A DNA stretch of 64,000 nucleotides from Candidatus Woesearchaeota archaeon (lineage in GTDB: Archaea > Nanobdellota > Nanobdellia > Woesearchaeales > UBA11576): NCBI GenBank assembly GCA_018675335.1, contig JABGYH010000006.1:17464-81463 (forward strand), given 5' to 3'. Under the pieces are notes generated by a model. The model was given only the letters and a program-made list of their open reading frames with translations. It did no database searches and was not told where the DNA came from. Position numbers and translations under genes: made by a program. Shown here one piece after another: positions 28,234 through 39,247 of this stretch. How positions within the stretch are numbered: the first letter of the stretch is position 1; every line of letters begins with the position of its first letter.

Positions 28234-29484
28234 TTAATTTGAACTATTAGAAATCTCGCTTAATCTAAAAACCTTATCATTTGTTCTTGCTTCACGTTCA
28301 AGTAAAATTCCTACGCTTTGACCCTTAGATCCTATTTTAACAGATGTCCCATTAAATTGAATTGATTTAATTTTTTGTTCAAAAACTCCTGATTTATTTC
28401 CTTGAATCATTATAGTATCACCAATTTTCAATTCTTCAGCCAATATTTTAATTTCTGCCACTTGAATTTTTTTATAATAATTTTTAACAAATCCAATAAA
28501 CTCTTTTTTAATTGTAGATTCACTACCATAATTTTTTGTCCACTCATTTAATGGTTTACCAAGATAAAAACCAGTAGAAAATCCCCTATTATAAACAGTT
28601 TTTAATTTACCAACTAATTCTTCTTTTAATTCACCAGAATATTTTCCTTGTGAAATAGCGTCAAGCGCAGATCTATAACAACTAGTAACTAATTTAACAT
28701 ATTCAGGACTTCGACCGCGGCCCTCTATTTTCATAACATCAATAGGTCCAACTAATTTTTCTAAAAATTCAATCGCACATAAATCTTTTGGACTCATAAT
28801 ATAATCTTTTCCTAAAACTAATTCGAATTCTCGATCAATATCTTTAACCAAATATTCTCGTCTACAAGGCTGCAAACAATCTCCCCTATTCGCACTCCGA
28901 TTAAAAATATCTTGAGATAAAAAACATCTCCCACTCACAGAAACACACATCGCGCCATGAACAAAACATTCAACCTCAACATCCAAATTAGATTCAACAA
29001 TTTTTTCTTTAATTTGTTTAATCTGTTCAAAACTAAGTTCTCTTGCGAGAATAACTCTTGTCGCACCTAATTTTACAAATTGTTTTACCGATTCAAAATT
29101 ACTTATTGATGCTTGCGTTGAAACGTGAAAAGGCAATTTAAGTTCAAAACATTTACTTATAACTGAAAAATCCCAACAAATTATTGCATCAATTAAAGCA
29201 TTTTTTGCACAAAGAAGCACTTGATCTAATTTTTTCAATTCCGAATCATAAATTATCGTATTTACACAAAGATTTGCGCGAACATCATGTTCATGACAAA
29301 AACTAACAATTTTGGATAATTCACTTAATTCAAAATTATTCGCATTAACTCGCATATTCAATTCTTTAGTTCCAAAATATACTTCATCACAACCAGATTC
29401 TACTGCGGCCCGCAACATTGGCCAATTAGATACAGGACATAACAATTTAGGAATTCTAATTTTTTTAAGATTTTTTACAACCAT
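28234..29484 (-). CDS. Peptidase U32 family protein (TrhP/RlhA-like RNA hydroxylation)
   Basis: HVSTQASISN, RVILAREL, FVHGAMCVSVSGRC, NRGDCLQPCRR, KIEGRGR. Confidence 0.9.
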   Translation of the reverse strand: MVVKNLKKIRIPKLLCPVSNWPMLRAAVESGCDEVYFGTKELNMRVNANNFELSELSKIVSFCHEHDVRANLCVNTIIYDSELKKLDQVLLCAKNALIDAIICWDFSVISKCFELKLPFHVSTQASISNFESVKQFVKLGATRVILARELSFEQIKQIKEKIVESNLDVEVECFVHGAMCVSVSGRCFLSQDIFNRSANRGDCLQPCRREYLVKDIDREFELVLGKDYIMSPKDLCAIEFLEKLVGPIDVMKIEGRGRSPEYVKLVTSCYRSALDAISQGKYSGELKEELVGKLKTVYNRGFSTGFYLGKPLNEWTKNYGSESTIKKEFIGFVKNYYKKIQVAEIKILAEELKIGDTIMIQGNKSGVFEQKIKSIQFNGTSVKIGSKGQSVGILLEREARTNDKVFRLSEISNSSN

Positions 29485-29636
29485 TCTTAATTTTCCATTT
29501 AGCCCAACTCATTTTTAAACTTTTTTAAATAAAACCTCGACCCGAACTCAAAAATCAACTAAAATAAATAAAAATCAACCAAATTTTAACAAAATTTATA
29601 TACTAAATTGTCATTTTTTATACACAATTTAGACAA

Positions 29637-30608
29637 ATGATAGAAATTAGCACAAAAATTCACAAAGAATTAGCTAAAAATTGTAGAATTTCAGTCTCAA
29701 AACTAGCTCGCGCACTCAATATAAGTCGCGACAAAGCAGAAAATGAAATTAAAAAATTAGAAAAAGAAGAAATAATAAAACAATACACAATAAATCTAAA
29801 TTATAACAAATTAGGATTTGAAACCCACACAATTCTATTAAAATTTAAAAATAGCATAATTGAAAAAGAAATAAACACCGCAGAAAAATTTCTAAAAACA
29901 ACTCAATACATAACAAAAACTCAAAAGCTCAATGGAGAATGGGATTTATTATTACACATAGTATCAAAAAATTCATCAGATTTACACCAAGCAATAAAAC
30001 AAATAAAACAAAATATACCCTTAACTAAATTTAAACTATTAACTATAGTATCCGAATACGAATCAAATTTAGAAACAACTCCCTCAAAAACTCAAACAAA
30101 AAAAACTCAAATTGATTTAAACTTTGCTCAAAAAAAATTCGAATGCGAAAACTATGAATTAGATCAAATTGATTTAAAATTAATCAAAGCATTAAAAGAA
30201 AATTCAAGAGCAAGTATCACCCAAATTTCTAAAACCACCACTCTTAGTCCAAGAATAATAAGTTATCGAATTTCCGAATTAGAAAAAAAACAAATAATAA
30301 ATTATGAAATTAAACTTAATAAAAAACTAAATCCTCAAAAATATTTATTATTTTTTAATTCAAATACTCTTTCTCAAAATACAATTACAGCTCAAATCGC
30401 AATTTCTAAACTATTAAATTTTAACAAAATCACAAAAATTCAAAGCACGATCGGAGATTCAGAATTTATTATAGACATAACTGCAACTGAGTTCTCAGAA
30501 ATAATCAAACTTAACCAACAAATTAATCAAATCACAAATACAGAGAATCTTCAAATTCTCTTAAAATCTGAAAATAAAAATTTCATCAGAACAATCAAAT
30601 CAAAATAA
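29637..30608 (+). CDS. Tandem-duplicated Lrp/AsnC family transcriptional regulator
   Basis: Two wHTH+RAM units (LAKNCRIS...LG; LDQIDLKLIKALKENSRAS). Confidence 0.82.
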   Translation: MIEISTKIHKELAKNCRISVSKLARALNISRDKAENEIKKLEKEEIIKQYTINLNYNKLGFETHTILLKFKNSIIEKEINTAEKFLKTTQYITKTQKLNGEWDLLLHIVSKNSSDLHQAIKQIKQNIPLTKFKLLTIVSEYESNLETTPSKTQTKKTQIDLNFAQKKFECENYELDQIDLKLIKALKENSRASITQISKTTTLSPRIISYRISELEKKQIINYEIKLNKKLNPQKYLLFFNSNTLSQNTITAQIAISKLLNFNKITKIQSTIGDSEFIIDITATEFSEIIKLNQQINQITNTENLQILLKSENKNFIRTIKSK

Positions 30609-30620
30609 TCAAGATATAAA

Positions 30621-33017
30621 ATGATAACTTTTGAAACATACGGGGCATTTTTAGGAAGTGAAGGACACGTAATGAATCTCCTAAATAGTTTCATCCCCGA
30701 AGAATACAAATTATCTTGGTTAATAATTGCATTCTGCGTAATACTAGCACTATTCGGATTTGAAATTACCAAAAAACATGGATTTTCTAGAGGAGTAATA
30801 TATTTTGTAATATCTTTATTTTTAATCAACTTTTTACTTCCATATTTTCAAGATTACATAATATATGCCTGCGCATTTGGAATTACTCTACACTTAGTAC
30901 TTAATTTTAGATATATGCGTAAAACAAATGTGATCATACATTTTATTTTTTTATGGATACTTAGCGCATCATTATTCGGCAATGTACTCGTTTTAGCAAT
31001 TAGTGCAGTAATCTTTTTTATTTTAGGTTGGATTTTAAGCAAGACTCACGGATCAAAAATGTGGGGGTCACCAAATGAACTTGCAATGATTAAACGACAT
31101 GGCTTTGATTATAATGATGCAATGATTGCTGCAAAAAAACAAATTGGAATTTTAAGAGATGCAGACGCACGAAGCCATAACTCACTCAAACCTGGATTTG
31201 AAAAAGATGTCATTAACGATACAGAAAAAGGATTTCAGAATTTAGGTCGGTTTGAACTTGATGAAATATCAACTCAAATTCACACAATGGCACTTGCTGC
31301 AAGTGGAGAAGATATTGCAAACTCAGAAGCTAGAATGATGAATGCAGAGGCGCAATTAGAAAAAAAAGAATTAGGAATTGAAGGTTCACTTGATCAAACA
31401 TCTCAATCAATAATATCCCAAGCAAAAAAAATATTAAATGCAACTTCTCGTTCTGAAGCAATCGAACTTACAAAAAATGTTTTAGTTCAAGGCATAAAAA
31501 AATTATTATCAAACTTATACGATTTAGTAGCAAATCAAGATCATATGGAAAAATATAGAGAAGATGGATTAAAAAATCTTCAAAGTGCAAATTCAGTAAT
31601 TAAAGAAAGTGCACAAAATACAAGACAATTACAACGCGAAGCAGATAAAATTAATGATAGATTAAGTAAAGTTGGCCTTAAAGAAATTTGGAAAGTCAGA
31701 CATGAAGTTAGAAAAAGATTAGCTAAATTCATATTAAATTTTATTTTGACAGTGTTTTGGGGCATAACTTTTGCACTTGGATCGATATTAAGACTCATCG
31801 GTTTGACTGAAGTTCCATTCAGACTTTTAGGGCGAGGAATAATGAGCTTAGGCAGATTAATATACATACCAGTAGTCGCATTAGTTGTTGCAATAATAGG
31901 GTTAATTGCAGCAGGAATAGGACTATATTTTTATTTATCTAGCGGCACTGGTTGGATGTCGTTTATTGGCGCAATTATTGTTTTTGGATTATTTTTATTA
32001 GTTCCTATTGGCGGAATAATTATGGGAATTTCATATCCTATGAAAATCATAAGAACTATTGGAGAGAAAATATTTAATAAAGCAAAAACTAAAGTAGCTG
32101 AAAAATCAAAACTAGCAAAACAATATGGTAAAGAATATGCTCAGATGAGAATAGAATTAACCAAAATTAACATGATGAAACATGCGTTATGGTTAGTTAA
32201 AAGAAAACAAAAAAAACTCATTCATTGGATAGAAAATAAAGCAAAAGAAATAATTACAATTGAAAAAGAATCTGAAAAATTACAACACACCTTATATGCA
32301 AATGAAAAACACTACCAGCAAGATTTGAAAAAAGCTCATGAAGCAACAACTGGATTTCAAAGATTTTATAGCTGGGTCATTTCAAAAGCAGATCAAACAC
32401 TCCCTCAAGAAATTATGAATGAAACTAATGGCCACATAAATAATATATTTACAAGCATTACTCAAATTTGTGAAAGAGCAATTGATGAAAATAAAAATAT
32501 AATTTTTCCTTTCATTAAAAATACTGCAAAGATTTTAAAGGATGCGTGGGGAATTGAAAGTGCAAAAAAATATTGTGATCGCGCAGTACAAAAATTAGAA
32601 CAAGGATATTCTCAATTAGATCAGATGTGTCTTGCAGTTGCAGGAGGAGGAAAAGCACAAAAAGTTATTAATTTTCAAGATTTTATTGCAAAAGAAGGAG
32701 AAATTAGCAATAAATTTGCAGCAAGAGCAAATAAAGGCGTGGATAATCATTTCAATCGCGCACACAAAGATGTCATGAAAGCAGTTGAAGCAACAAAAGA
32801 ACAGACTGCTTATTTAGAAAAAGAAAAACAAGGAATGGACTTACGACGCCAAACAGTATTAAACTCAATAGCGCATGTATCAGACGTATTAGTCAAACAT
32901 GAGACAAAGATCCATAAAGAGTTTACAAAAGATATGGCTAGTGCAATGAAAGGCGTTACAAAAGCAAGTCAAGGAGTTTCAAGAGCTCAAAAAATGGCTA
33001 GCGCAAGAGCAGCTTAA
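30621..33017 (+). CDS. Large hypothetical membrane protein with two TM clusters and long helical/coiled-coil regions
   Basis: 798-aa ORF; N-terminal TM cluster, central Gly-rich TM cluster, flanking helical regions. Confidence 0.75.
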   Translation: MITFETYGAFLGSEGHVMNLLNSFIPEEYKLSWLIIAFCVILALFGFEITKKHGFSRGVIYFVISLFLINFLLPYFQDYIIYACAFGITLHLVLNFRYMRKTNVIIHFIFLWILSASLFGNVLVLAISAVIFFILGWILSKTHGSKMWGSPNELAMIKRHGFDYNDAMIAAKKQIGILRDADARSHNSLKPGFEKDVINDTEKGFQNLGRFELDEISTQIHTMALAASGEDIANSEARMMNAEAQLEKKELGIEGSLDQTSQSIISQAKKILNATSRSEAIELTKNVLVQGIKKLLSNLYDLVANQDHMEKYREDGLKNLQSANSVIKESAQNTRQLQREADKINDRLSKVGLKEIWKVRHEVRKRLAKFILNFILTVFWGITFALGSILRLIGLTEVPFRLLGRGIMSLGRLIYIPVVALVVAIIGLIAAGIGLYFYLSSGTGWMSFIGAIIVFGLFLLVPIGGIIMGISYPMKIIRTIGEKIFNKAKTKVAEKSKLAKQYGKEYAQMRIELTKINMMKHALWLVKRKQKKLIHWIENKAKEIITIEKESEKLQHTLYANEKHYQQDLKKAHEATTGFQRFYSWVISKADQTLPQEIMNETNGHINNIFTSITQICERAIDENKNIIFPFIKNTAKILKDAWGIESAKKYCDRAVQKLEQGYSQLDQMCLAVAGGGKAQKVINFQDFIAKEGEISNKFAARANKGVDNHFNRAHKDVMKAVEATKEQTAYLEKEKQGMDLRRQTVLNSIAHVSDVLVKHETKIHKEFTKDMASAMKGVTKASQGVSRAQKMASARAA

Positions 33018-33174
33018 TAAAACAAAATAATAGTGCCAAAATCATAAAAACAAAAAAATAACAACCAAATACCCAAGAAAAACAAATTAGTTACAAAAGA
33101 AAAACAAACAATTACAAAATAAGAACAAAAAAATAACAACAATAATAAAATACAAAAAACAAACAAGAATTTAA

Positions 33175-34086
33175 TTATTCTAAAAATTCTATGTCATCAA
33201 CTATTCCATCACTATCTAAATCTACACCTTCAACTACTTTTGCTAAAATTTTACGTTTGTAAATATTGCCTGCACGCACTTCTTTAAAATTTTTCAAAAA
33301 AGCGATTATTGCAGCGCGAGTTCCAGAGTATCTTTTTCCAGCAACAACCAATATTTTTTTATCATTAGCAAATGGATTATCACATTTCACAATAATTCCC
33401 GTTTCATCACTAACATATTCTTTTTTAGATATTTTTGAAAAAACTACCTTTTCTTTAAACCGAACTGGCAAATAATCATTAAATTTAGCCATAGTTTTAT
33501 TGACTATTGGACCGCCAATAATTATTAAATTTTGTTTTAAATCAACTTCGCGCGTTTCAGTATCTAATTTAACATTATAACCAGGCACATAATTTAGAAA
33601 TGTTCCTAAAAATAATGCTAAATCCATCCCATAATATCCATCTCTACTCCTAGCTTTATCAGGACCATGCGGATCAGGACTTCCAACAATAATTAACGCA
33701 TCAAGTTTACCATCAACGATAAATGGTTCTAAAAAAGAATGTGCATCACTACTAATTTTAGAAAATTTTTGAGTTTCATCAAATTCTTTAAATCTCAAAA
33801 CAAATGCAGGTTCAGATAATTGATAATATCTTGCAGTAGCCCCTTGTTTATTTTCTTCAAAAACAACCTTAACAAAACCATTTTGTTCGAGCTTTCTGAT
33901 ATGATAATATATTTTCTGTTCATGCTGTTTTAATTTTTTTGCAATTTGTGCAGGATACAAAGGAGTGATCGCAATAGTTTTCATTATATCTAAAGCTAAT
34001 TGAGAGATATTTTTAGCACCTTCAATACTTATTTCCTTAACAGGAAGAGAATACAACATTTCTTTCTTTTGATTCACTAAAAACAT
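33175..34086 (-). CDS. ArsR-like wHTH regulator fused to an S-layer C-terminal-like domain
   Basis: YPAQIAKKL..HEQKIYYHIRKLE..G; C-terminal NLIIIGGPIVN...ILVVAG..GTRAA resembles the S-layer C-terminal domain motif. Confidence 0.7.
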   Translation of the reverse strand: MFLVNQKKEMLYSLPVKEISIEGAKNISQLALDIMKTIAITPLYPAQIAKKLKQHEQKIYYHIRKLEQNGFVKVVFEENKQGATARYYQLSEPAFVLRFKEFDETQKFSKISSDAHSFLEPFIVDGKLDALIIVGSPDPHGPDKARSRDGYYGMDLALFLGTFLNYVPGYNVKLDTETREVDLKQNLIIIGGPIVNKTMAKFNDYLPVRFKEKVVFSKISKKEYVSDETGIIVKCDNPFANDKKILVVAGKRYSGTRAAIIAFLKNFKEVRAGNIYKRKILAKVVEGVDLDSDGIVDDIEFLE

Positions 34087-34270
34087 ACAACCCCCTAACA
34101 AAACCACTAAAAATATTTTTTTAGCAATACAAAGACTATTTTAATAACACTTATATATAAAACTTTCTCAAACAAACACTTCACAAAAAAATCAACATAA
34201 CAAACAAAACACAACACAAACACAACACAAACACAACAACAAAAAATAAAAATAACTAACGGTGATAGAA

Positions 34271-36019
34271 ATGTGCGGAATAATAGGGTATATGGGCGAA
34301 GAAGCTGCACTCCCAATAATAATAGAAGGTTTACAAAAATTAGAATATAGAGGATATGATTCTTTTGGATTTGCAATAGAAAACGATTTACATATTCAAA
34401 CTCAAAAATTTATTGGATCCATAACTGAAAATAAAAGTTTAATTTCAAACATAACTGGTAACACAGGTATAGGTCATACAAGATGGGCGACACATGGACC
34501 AGTTTGTAAAAAAAATGCACACCCACACCTAAGTTCAAATAAAAAATTTATAATTGTCCACAATGGAATAATTGAAAATTTCGAAGAAATTAAATCAAAT
34601 CTTAACAAAAAAGGATTCGAATTTTATGGAGATACAGACACAGAAGTAATAGCAAAATTAATAGAAGAAAAATATAACCAATGTCAAAATGTCAAACAAG
34701 CAATTCAACAATCATTAGATTTAATTAAAGGTGCTTATGCAATTGCAGTAGTTAATGAAATAAATCCCAACAACATTTTTTTAGCTTGTAAAGATGCACC
34801 GTTAAAATTAGGGATATCTGATACTGGAATATATTTTGCTTCAGATCCAATAGGATTTTTACGCCACACAAATCAAGTAATAACTTTAGAAGACAATGAT
34901 TTCGTCGAGATCAATAATAAAACTTACACAATAACCAATAATGGAGAAGTTATTCAACGAAATATAAATAATATAGAATGGCAACAAAAAACCGCTGAAA
35001 AAAATGATTTTAATCATTTTATGTTAAAAGAAATTCATGAACAATCAAAAAATTTAAAAAATGTTTTTCAAAATTCAAATACCACAATTAATAATATTAA
35101 ACAACTACTAAAAAACGCAAGAAGAGTTTTAATAATTGGTTGTGGAACTGCATATCATGCAGGACTTGTTCTAAAAAATAAGTTACTCTCAAAAGGAATT
35201 ATTGCAGAATCAATAATTGCATCAGAGTTTGAACAATATAAAACGCTAACAAAAGATGATGTTATTGTTACTTTTTCTCAGAGTGGCGAAACTGCAGATC
35301 TTTTAGAAGTCCTAAAAAATATTAAAAAAGAAAAAAAGTGCAAAGTAATCACAATAACTAATGTAGTGCAATCAACAATAACTAGATTTAGTGATGAAGT
35401 TATATACCTCAATCAAGGACCTGAAATTGGCGTTGCATCAACAAAAGCATACACAGGAATGATTGCAGCAATCGAATTACTAATTTGTGAAAATCCTCTT
35501 GATTTCCAAACACAAATAATCAAGCAACAAGAAATAATAGCCCAAATAATTTCAAAGCAAAAAAAACAACTCAAAATTATTAGTGAAAAATTAGTCGCCG
35601 CACAAGATATTTATCTTATTGGTAGAGGGAAAAATTTAGTTACTGCTCTTGAAGGCGCGCTAAAAATCAAAGAAATTTCTTATATTCATTCTGAAGGAAT
35701 GGCTGCAGGAGAACTTAAACATGGAACGCTTGCATTAATTGAAAAAGGAGTTCCCGTAATAGTTATAGCCCCAACAGATGAGAAATTTGCAGAAACAATT
35801 TCAAATGCACTTGAAATAAAAAGCAGAGGTGGAAAAATTATTGGAATTAGTGACAAACCAAACAATGCATTTGATGAATTCATAGAAATTCCAAAAACTA
35901 AATTTCAAGAAATAACTACAATTATTCCATTGCAAATGATTGCATACAATCTTGCGATTAAAAAAGGATTCAATCCAGATAAACCAAGAAATCTTGCAAA
36001 AAGTGTAACAGTAAAATAA
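34271..36019 (+). CDS. glmS: Glutamine--fructose-6-phosphate aminotransferase
   Basis: MCGIIG, LEYRGYDS, GHTRWATHG, SQSGETAD, ELKHG, PRNLAKSVTV. Confidence 0.97.
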   Translation: MCGIIGYMGEEAALPIIIEGLQKLEYRGYDSFGFAIENDLHIQTQKFIGSITENKSLISNITGNTGIGHTRWATHGPVCKKNAHPHLSSNKKFIIVHNGIIENFEEIKSNLNKKGFEFYGDTDTEVIAKLIEEKYNQCQNVKQAIQQSLDLIKGAYAIAVVNEINPNNIFLACKDAPLKLGISDTGIYFASDPIGFLRHTNQVITLEDNDFVEINNKTYTITNNGEVIQRNINNIEWQQKTAEKNDFNHFMLKEIHEQSKNLKNVFQNSNTTINNIKQLLKNARRVLIIGCGTAYHAGLVLKNKLLSKGIIAESIIASEFEQYKTLTKDDVIVTFSQSGETADLLEVLKNIKKEKKCKVITITNVVQSTITRFSDEVIYLNQGPEIGVASTKAYTGMIAAIELLICENPLDFQTQIIKQQEIIAQIISKQKKQLKIISEKLVAAQDIYLIGRGKNLVTALEGALKIKEISYIHSEGMAAGELKHGTLALIEKGVPVIVIAPTDEKFAETISNALEIKSRGGKIIGISDKPNNAFDEFIEIPKTKFQEITTIIPLQMIAYNLAIKKGFNPDKPRNLAKSVTVK

Positions 36020-36084
36020 AAACCAACTAAACAATCAATAAAAATAAAAAAGCAACATATTATTTTAAATTATTAATTTTTGTA

Positions 36085-37182
36085 TTATTTAAATTTTTTA
36101 TTATCTTCTTTTTTTAATCTTAAAACCGAAACATGTTTTTCTATTTTTTGTAACGCAATCAATACATCATCCTCAAACAATACCAAATCAAAGTTTTTAT
36201 CCTTAAAAAAATGTTCATATTTGATATCATAATAATCTTTTAATAAAATTTTCAATCCGGCAGTAATTTTATCAGGTTCATACGAAGAAATTAAAGAAAT
36301 TATTTCTAAAACTTTATTTTTACCCATTATTTTTACAAATAACTGGGAATTTTTAGTAATTTCAACAAATTCATTAATTTTATTTTTATTGTCACAATAA
36401 TCATCTAAAAATCTTTGAGCTCGTCTGTCAAGAGACGCATCAAGTCTTATTTGAACTCCAGATTTAAATAGTGCATAAAAAAAATCAGGAATTACAACTC
36501 GCCCAATACGCTTACTTTCTCCTTCAACTAAAATATAATCCACATCTTTTAATTCTTCAATTTTGTCAAGAAATATTGCTTCAAATAATTTTTGAGATCT
36601 TGGTTTAAAACCGAGTGCACCATAAACACTACTTCTATGTTGAGCAATGCCTTCTAAATCAATCATATGGAGATTAGTTTTGTTTAACAATTCAGTTTTC
36701 CCACTCAATCCCATCCCATAAATAATGATAAGTCTGGGTTTCAACTTATAAGAACTAATTTTTTTTCTTACAAAATGACGATATGCCTTAACTCCTTTTT
36801 CTAATTGAAAAACATCAAATCCATTCATTTCAAGAAATTGTACAACTGATTTTGAACGAAGACCTCCTCTCCAACAATAAATAATTATTTTTTTTTGTTT
36901 AAATTTAGAAAAAGTTAATAACAAATCATCCAATTTAGGTTCTACAAATTCAAGTCCTTTCTCAATAGCAAGATTAAGTCCACTTTTAGTAAATATTGTG
37001 CCAACTTCTGCACGTTCCAAATCATCTAAAATAGGTATGTTTATTGATCCTGGAATTCTATCTAATTCCCATTCAGAGGGACTCCTTACATCAACTAAAA
37101 CATAATCATCTTGTTTTTTAACCTCAAAAACAAAACTTGCTTTAATTGTTTTAAATTTTTTATTTATTTTAAAAAAATGCAT
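36085..37182 (-). CDS. selU: tRNA 2-selenouridine synthase (rhodanese + P-loop)
   Basis: DVRSPSE, YCWRGGLRS, G..LSGKT, IDLEGIAQHRSS, EGESKRIG, DYYD. Confidence 0.88.
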   Translation of the reverse strand: MHFFKINKKFKTIKASFVFEVKKQDDYVLVDVRSPSEWELDRIPGSINIPILDDLERAEVGTIFTKSGLNLAIEKGLEFVEPKLDDLLLTFSKFKQKKIIIYCWRGGLRSKSVVQFLEMNGFDVFQLEKGVKAYRHFVRKKISSYKLKPRLIIIYGMGLSGKTELLNKTNLHMIDLEGIAQHRSSVYGALGFKPRSQKLFEAIFLDKIEELKDVDYILVEGESKRIGRVVIPDFFYALFKSGVQIRLDASLDRRAQRFLDDYCDNKNKINEFVEITKNSQLFVKIMGKNKVLEIISLISSYEPDKITAGLKILLKDYYDIKYEHFFKDKNFDLVLFEDDVLIALQKIEKHVSVLRLKKEDNKKFK

Positions 37183-37210
37183 AATAAAGAAATAAACTCT
37201 TCACTCAAGA

Positions 37211-38917
37211 TTACATTTCTTCTGGCGCTTCAATAGCTAACAGATGTAATCCTTCTTTTAATATTATTTTTGTTGATTCAACTAAACGGATTCTTGCAGC
37301 AGTTAATTTTTTATCATCACTAATCACTTGACATTTATGATAAAACTCATTAAACATTTGTGACAATTGTATCAAAAACTGCGCCATCATACTAGGTTTA
37401 TGACTTTTTGCAGCATCGAGTATTACTTGAGGAAATGTGCCTAATTGTTTTACCAAATTAAATGCAGACTCTGATTCTAAAAGGGAATAATCAATATCAG
37501 TTTCAACCGCACAATCATATTTTCGCAAAATAGAACAACATCGTGCGTATGCATATTGAACATAAGGCCCAGTTTCTCCTTCAAAACTTATTGATTCTTT
37601 CGGATCATATACCATGTCTTTATGTGAATCAATTTTTAGTATAAAAAATCGCAAAGCTCCTTGAGCAATTTTTATGGCGCGAGAATTAATTTCTTCTTCA
37701 CTTAATTCTTTATGTCGCTTAACAATTTCAGTTCGAGCCATCTGTTCTAATTGATCAAGTAATTCATCTGCATCAACTACTGTTCCTTCTCGAGATTTCA
37801 TCTTACCATCAGGTAAATTAACCATCCCATATGCCATATGATACAAATTTTTTGCAAATTTAAACCCAATTTTTTCAAGAACTTCAAATAAAACTTTAAA
37901 ATGATAATTTTGTTCGGTTGCAACAACATAAATTATTTTATCCATATCATAATCTTCATATCTTGCTTTTGCAGTAGAAATATCTTGAGTTACGTAAACA
38001 GACGTTCCATCTGCTCTTAATAGTACTTTTTCACCATATCCCTCTTTGGTTAAATCAATAATAATGCAACCGTCGGAATTTTTAGTAAACAAGCCATTTT
38101 CAAACCCTTCAATCACAATCTGTTTTCCTCGCTCGTATTGATCGCTTTCAAAATATGATTTTTCTGCAACAAAATTTAATCTCGCGTAAGTTTGATTCAT
38201 TCCATCTAATGACCATTTTTTCATTTTTGCCCATAATGCTCTAACTTCCGGATCGCCAGCTTCCCATTTTCTTAGCATTTCTCTTGCTTCCTCTTCAAGT
38301 TCAGGCATTTCTTTTAATTTTTGGGAATACAAAACATAATATTTCCCAACAAAATGATCTGTTTTAACATCTGGTTCTTGATTGTTCCCAAATTTTTGAT
38401 ATGCAAGCATAGATTTACAAATATGAATTCCACGATCATTAACAATATCTACGTGAGTAACAGAATTTCCTGATTTTTTTAAAATATTAATAATACTCGC
38501 ACCCAAGAATACATTTCTTAAATGTCCCAAATGTAGAGGTTTATTGGTATTTGGTCCAGGACTCTCAACTAAAATTTTACTTGATAAATTTCCAGTACCA
38601 AAATTTTCTTTTTGATCCTGTATTTTTTTAATTAATGAATTTATAAGTTGAGTTTTATTAACGAAGAAATTTAAATATGGCCCGACATTTTTCACACTAG
38701 ATAATAATTCATTTTTTTCAAGATTAATTTTTTTAACTAATTCTTCTGAAATAGCTTGTGGTGCTTTTTTAAATTTTGCAGCCAAAGAAAAACATGGAAC
38801 TGCATAATCACCCAGTTTAGTATCAGGAGGTATTTCTATTAAACTTAATTCTACGCAAATCTCATTTTGTTTCAATATTTTCTGTATCTCTTGTTTGAAT
38901 AAGTCCATTTGAATCAC
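37211..38917 (-). CDS. argS: Arginyl-tRNA synthetase
   Basis: PNTNKPLHLGHLRN (HIGH), KMKSREG, GETGPYVQYAYAR, terminal PEEM. Confidence 0.97.
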   Translation of the reverse strand: MIQMDLFKQEIQKILKQNEICVELSLIEIPPDTKLGDYAVPCFSLAAKFKKAPQAISEELVKKINLEKNELLSSVKNVGPYLNFFVNKTQLINSLIKKIQDQKENFGTGNLSSKILVESPGPNTNKPLHLGHLRNVFLGASIINILKKSGNSVTHVDIVNDRGIHICKSMLAYQKFGNNQEPDVKTDHFVGKYYVLYSQKLKEMPELEEEAREMLRKWEAGDPEVRALWAKMKKWSLDGMNQTYARLNFVAEKSYFESDQYERGKQIVIEGFENGLFTKNSDGCIIIDLTKEGYGEKVLLRADGTSVYVTQDISTAKARYEDYDMDKIIYVVATEQNYHFKVLFEVLEKIGFKFAKNLYHMAYGMVNLPDGKMKSREGTVVDADELLDQLEQMARTEIVKRHKELSEEEINSRAIKIAQGALRFFILKIDSHKDMVYDPKESISFEGETGPYVQYAYARCCSILRKYDCAVETDIDYSLLESESAFNLVKQLGTFPQVILDAAKSHKPSMMAQFLIQLSQMFNEFYHKCQVISDDKKLTAARIRLVESTKIILKEGLHLLAIEAPEEM

Positions 38918-38950
38918 TAGTCTTAATTAAAATAAAATTAAATTTTTAAA

Positions 38951-39247
38951 TTATTGTTTTTTCTTTGTATGTTTTGGTACGTGCGCAGCAGAATGTGTTT
39001 GGTGCGCAGGATGTGTTGAATGAATTTGATGATTAGGAGATTGCATTTTATCATTTACTTGTTTTAATTCATGTTTAATTTCCACAAGTAATTGAGTAAG
39101 TTGTTTATATTCTTTAAATCTTAAATATAACAAAATTAAGTATACTCCAAAGATTCCCCCAATTAACCCACTTAGTACTTTAGTAAAAAGTCCTATAGTT
39201 CTTGTTAACGGCTCAAACATTGCACCAAAAATTCCTGATGGATCCAT
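38951..39247 (-). CDS. Small membrane protein with His-rich tail
   Basis: One TM (GLIGGIFGVYLILLYL), SD GAGGT. Confidence 0.7.
   Translation of the reverse strand: MDPSGIFGAMFEPLTRTIGLFTKVLSGLIGGIFGVYLILLYLRFKEYKQLTQLLVEIKHELKQVNDKMQSPNHQIHSTHPAHQTHSAAHVPKHTKKKQ

Noticed and set aside
34107-34376. 89-aa minus-strand ORF rich in C/V/F
   Set aside because: Translation of a low-complexity (CAAAA)n intergenic tract that overlaps the glmS start; a product of strand skew.
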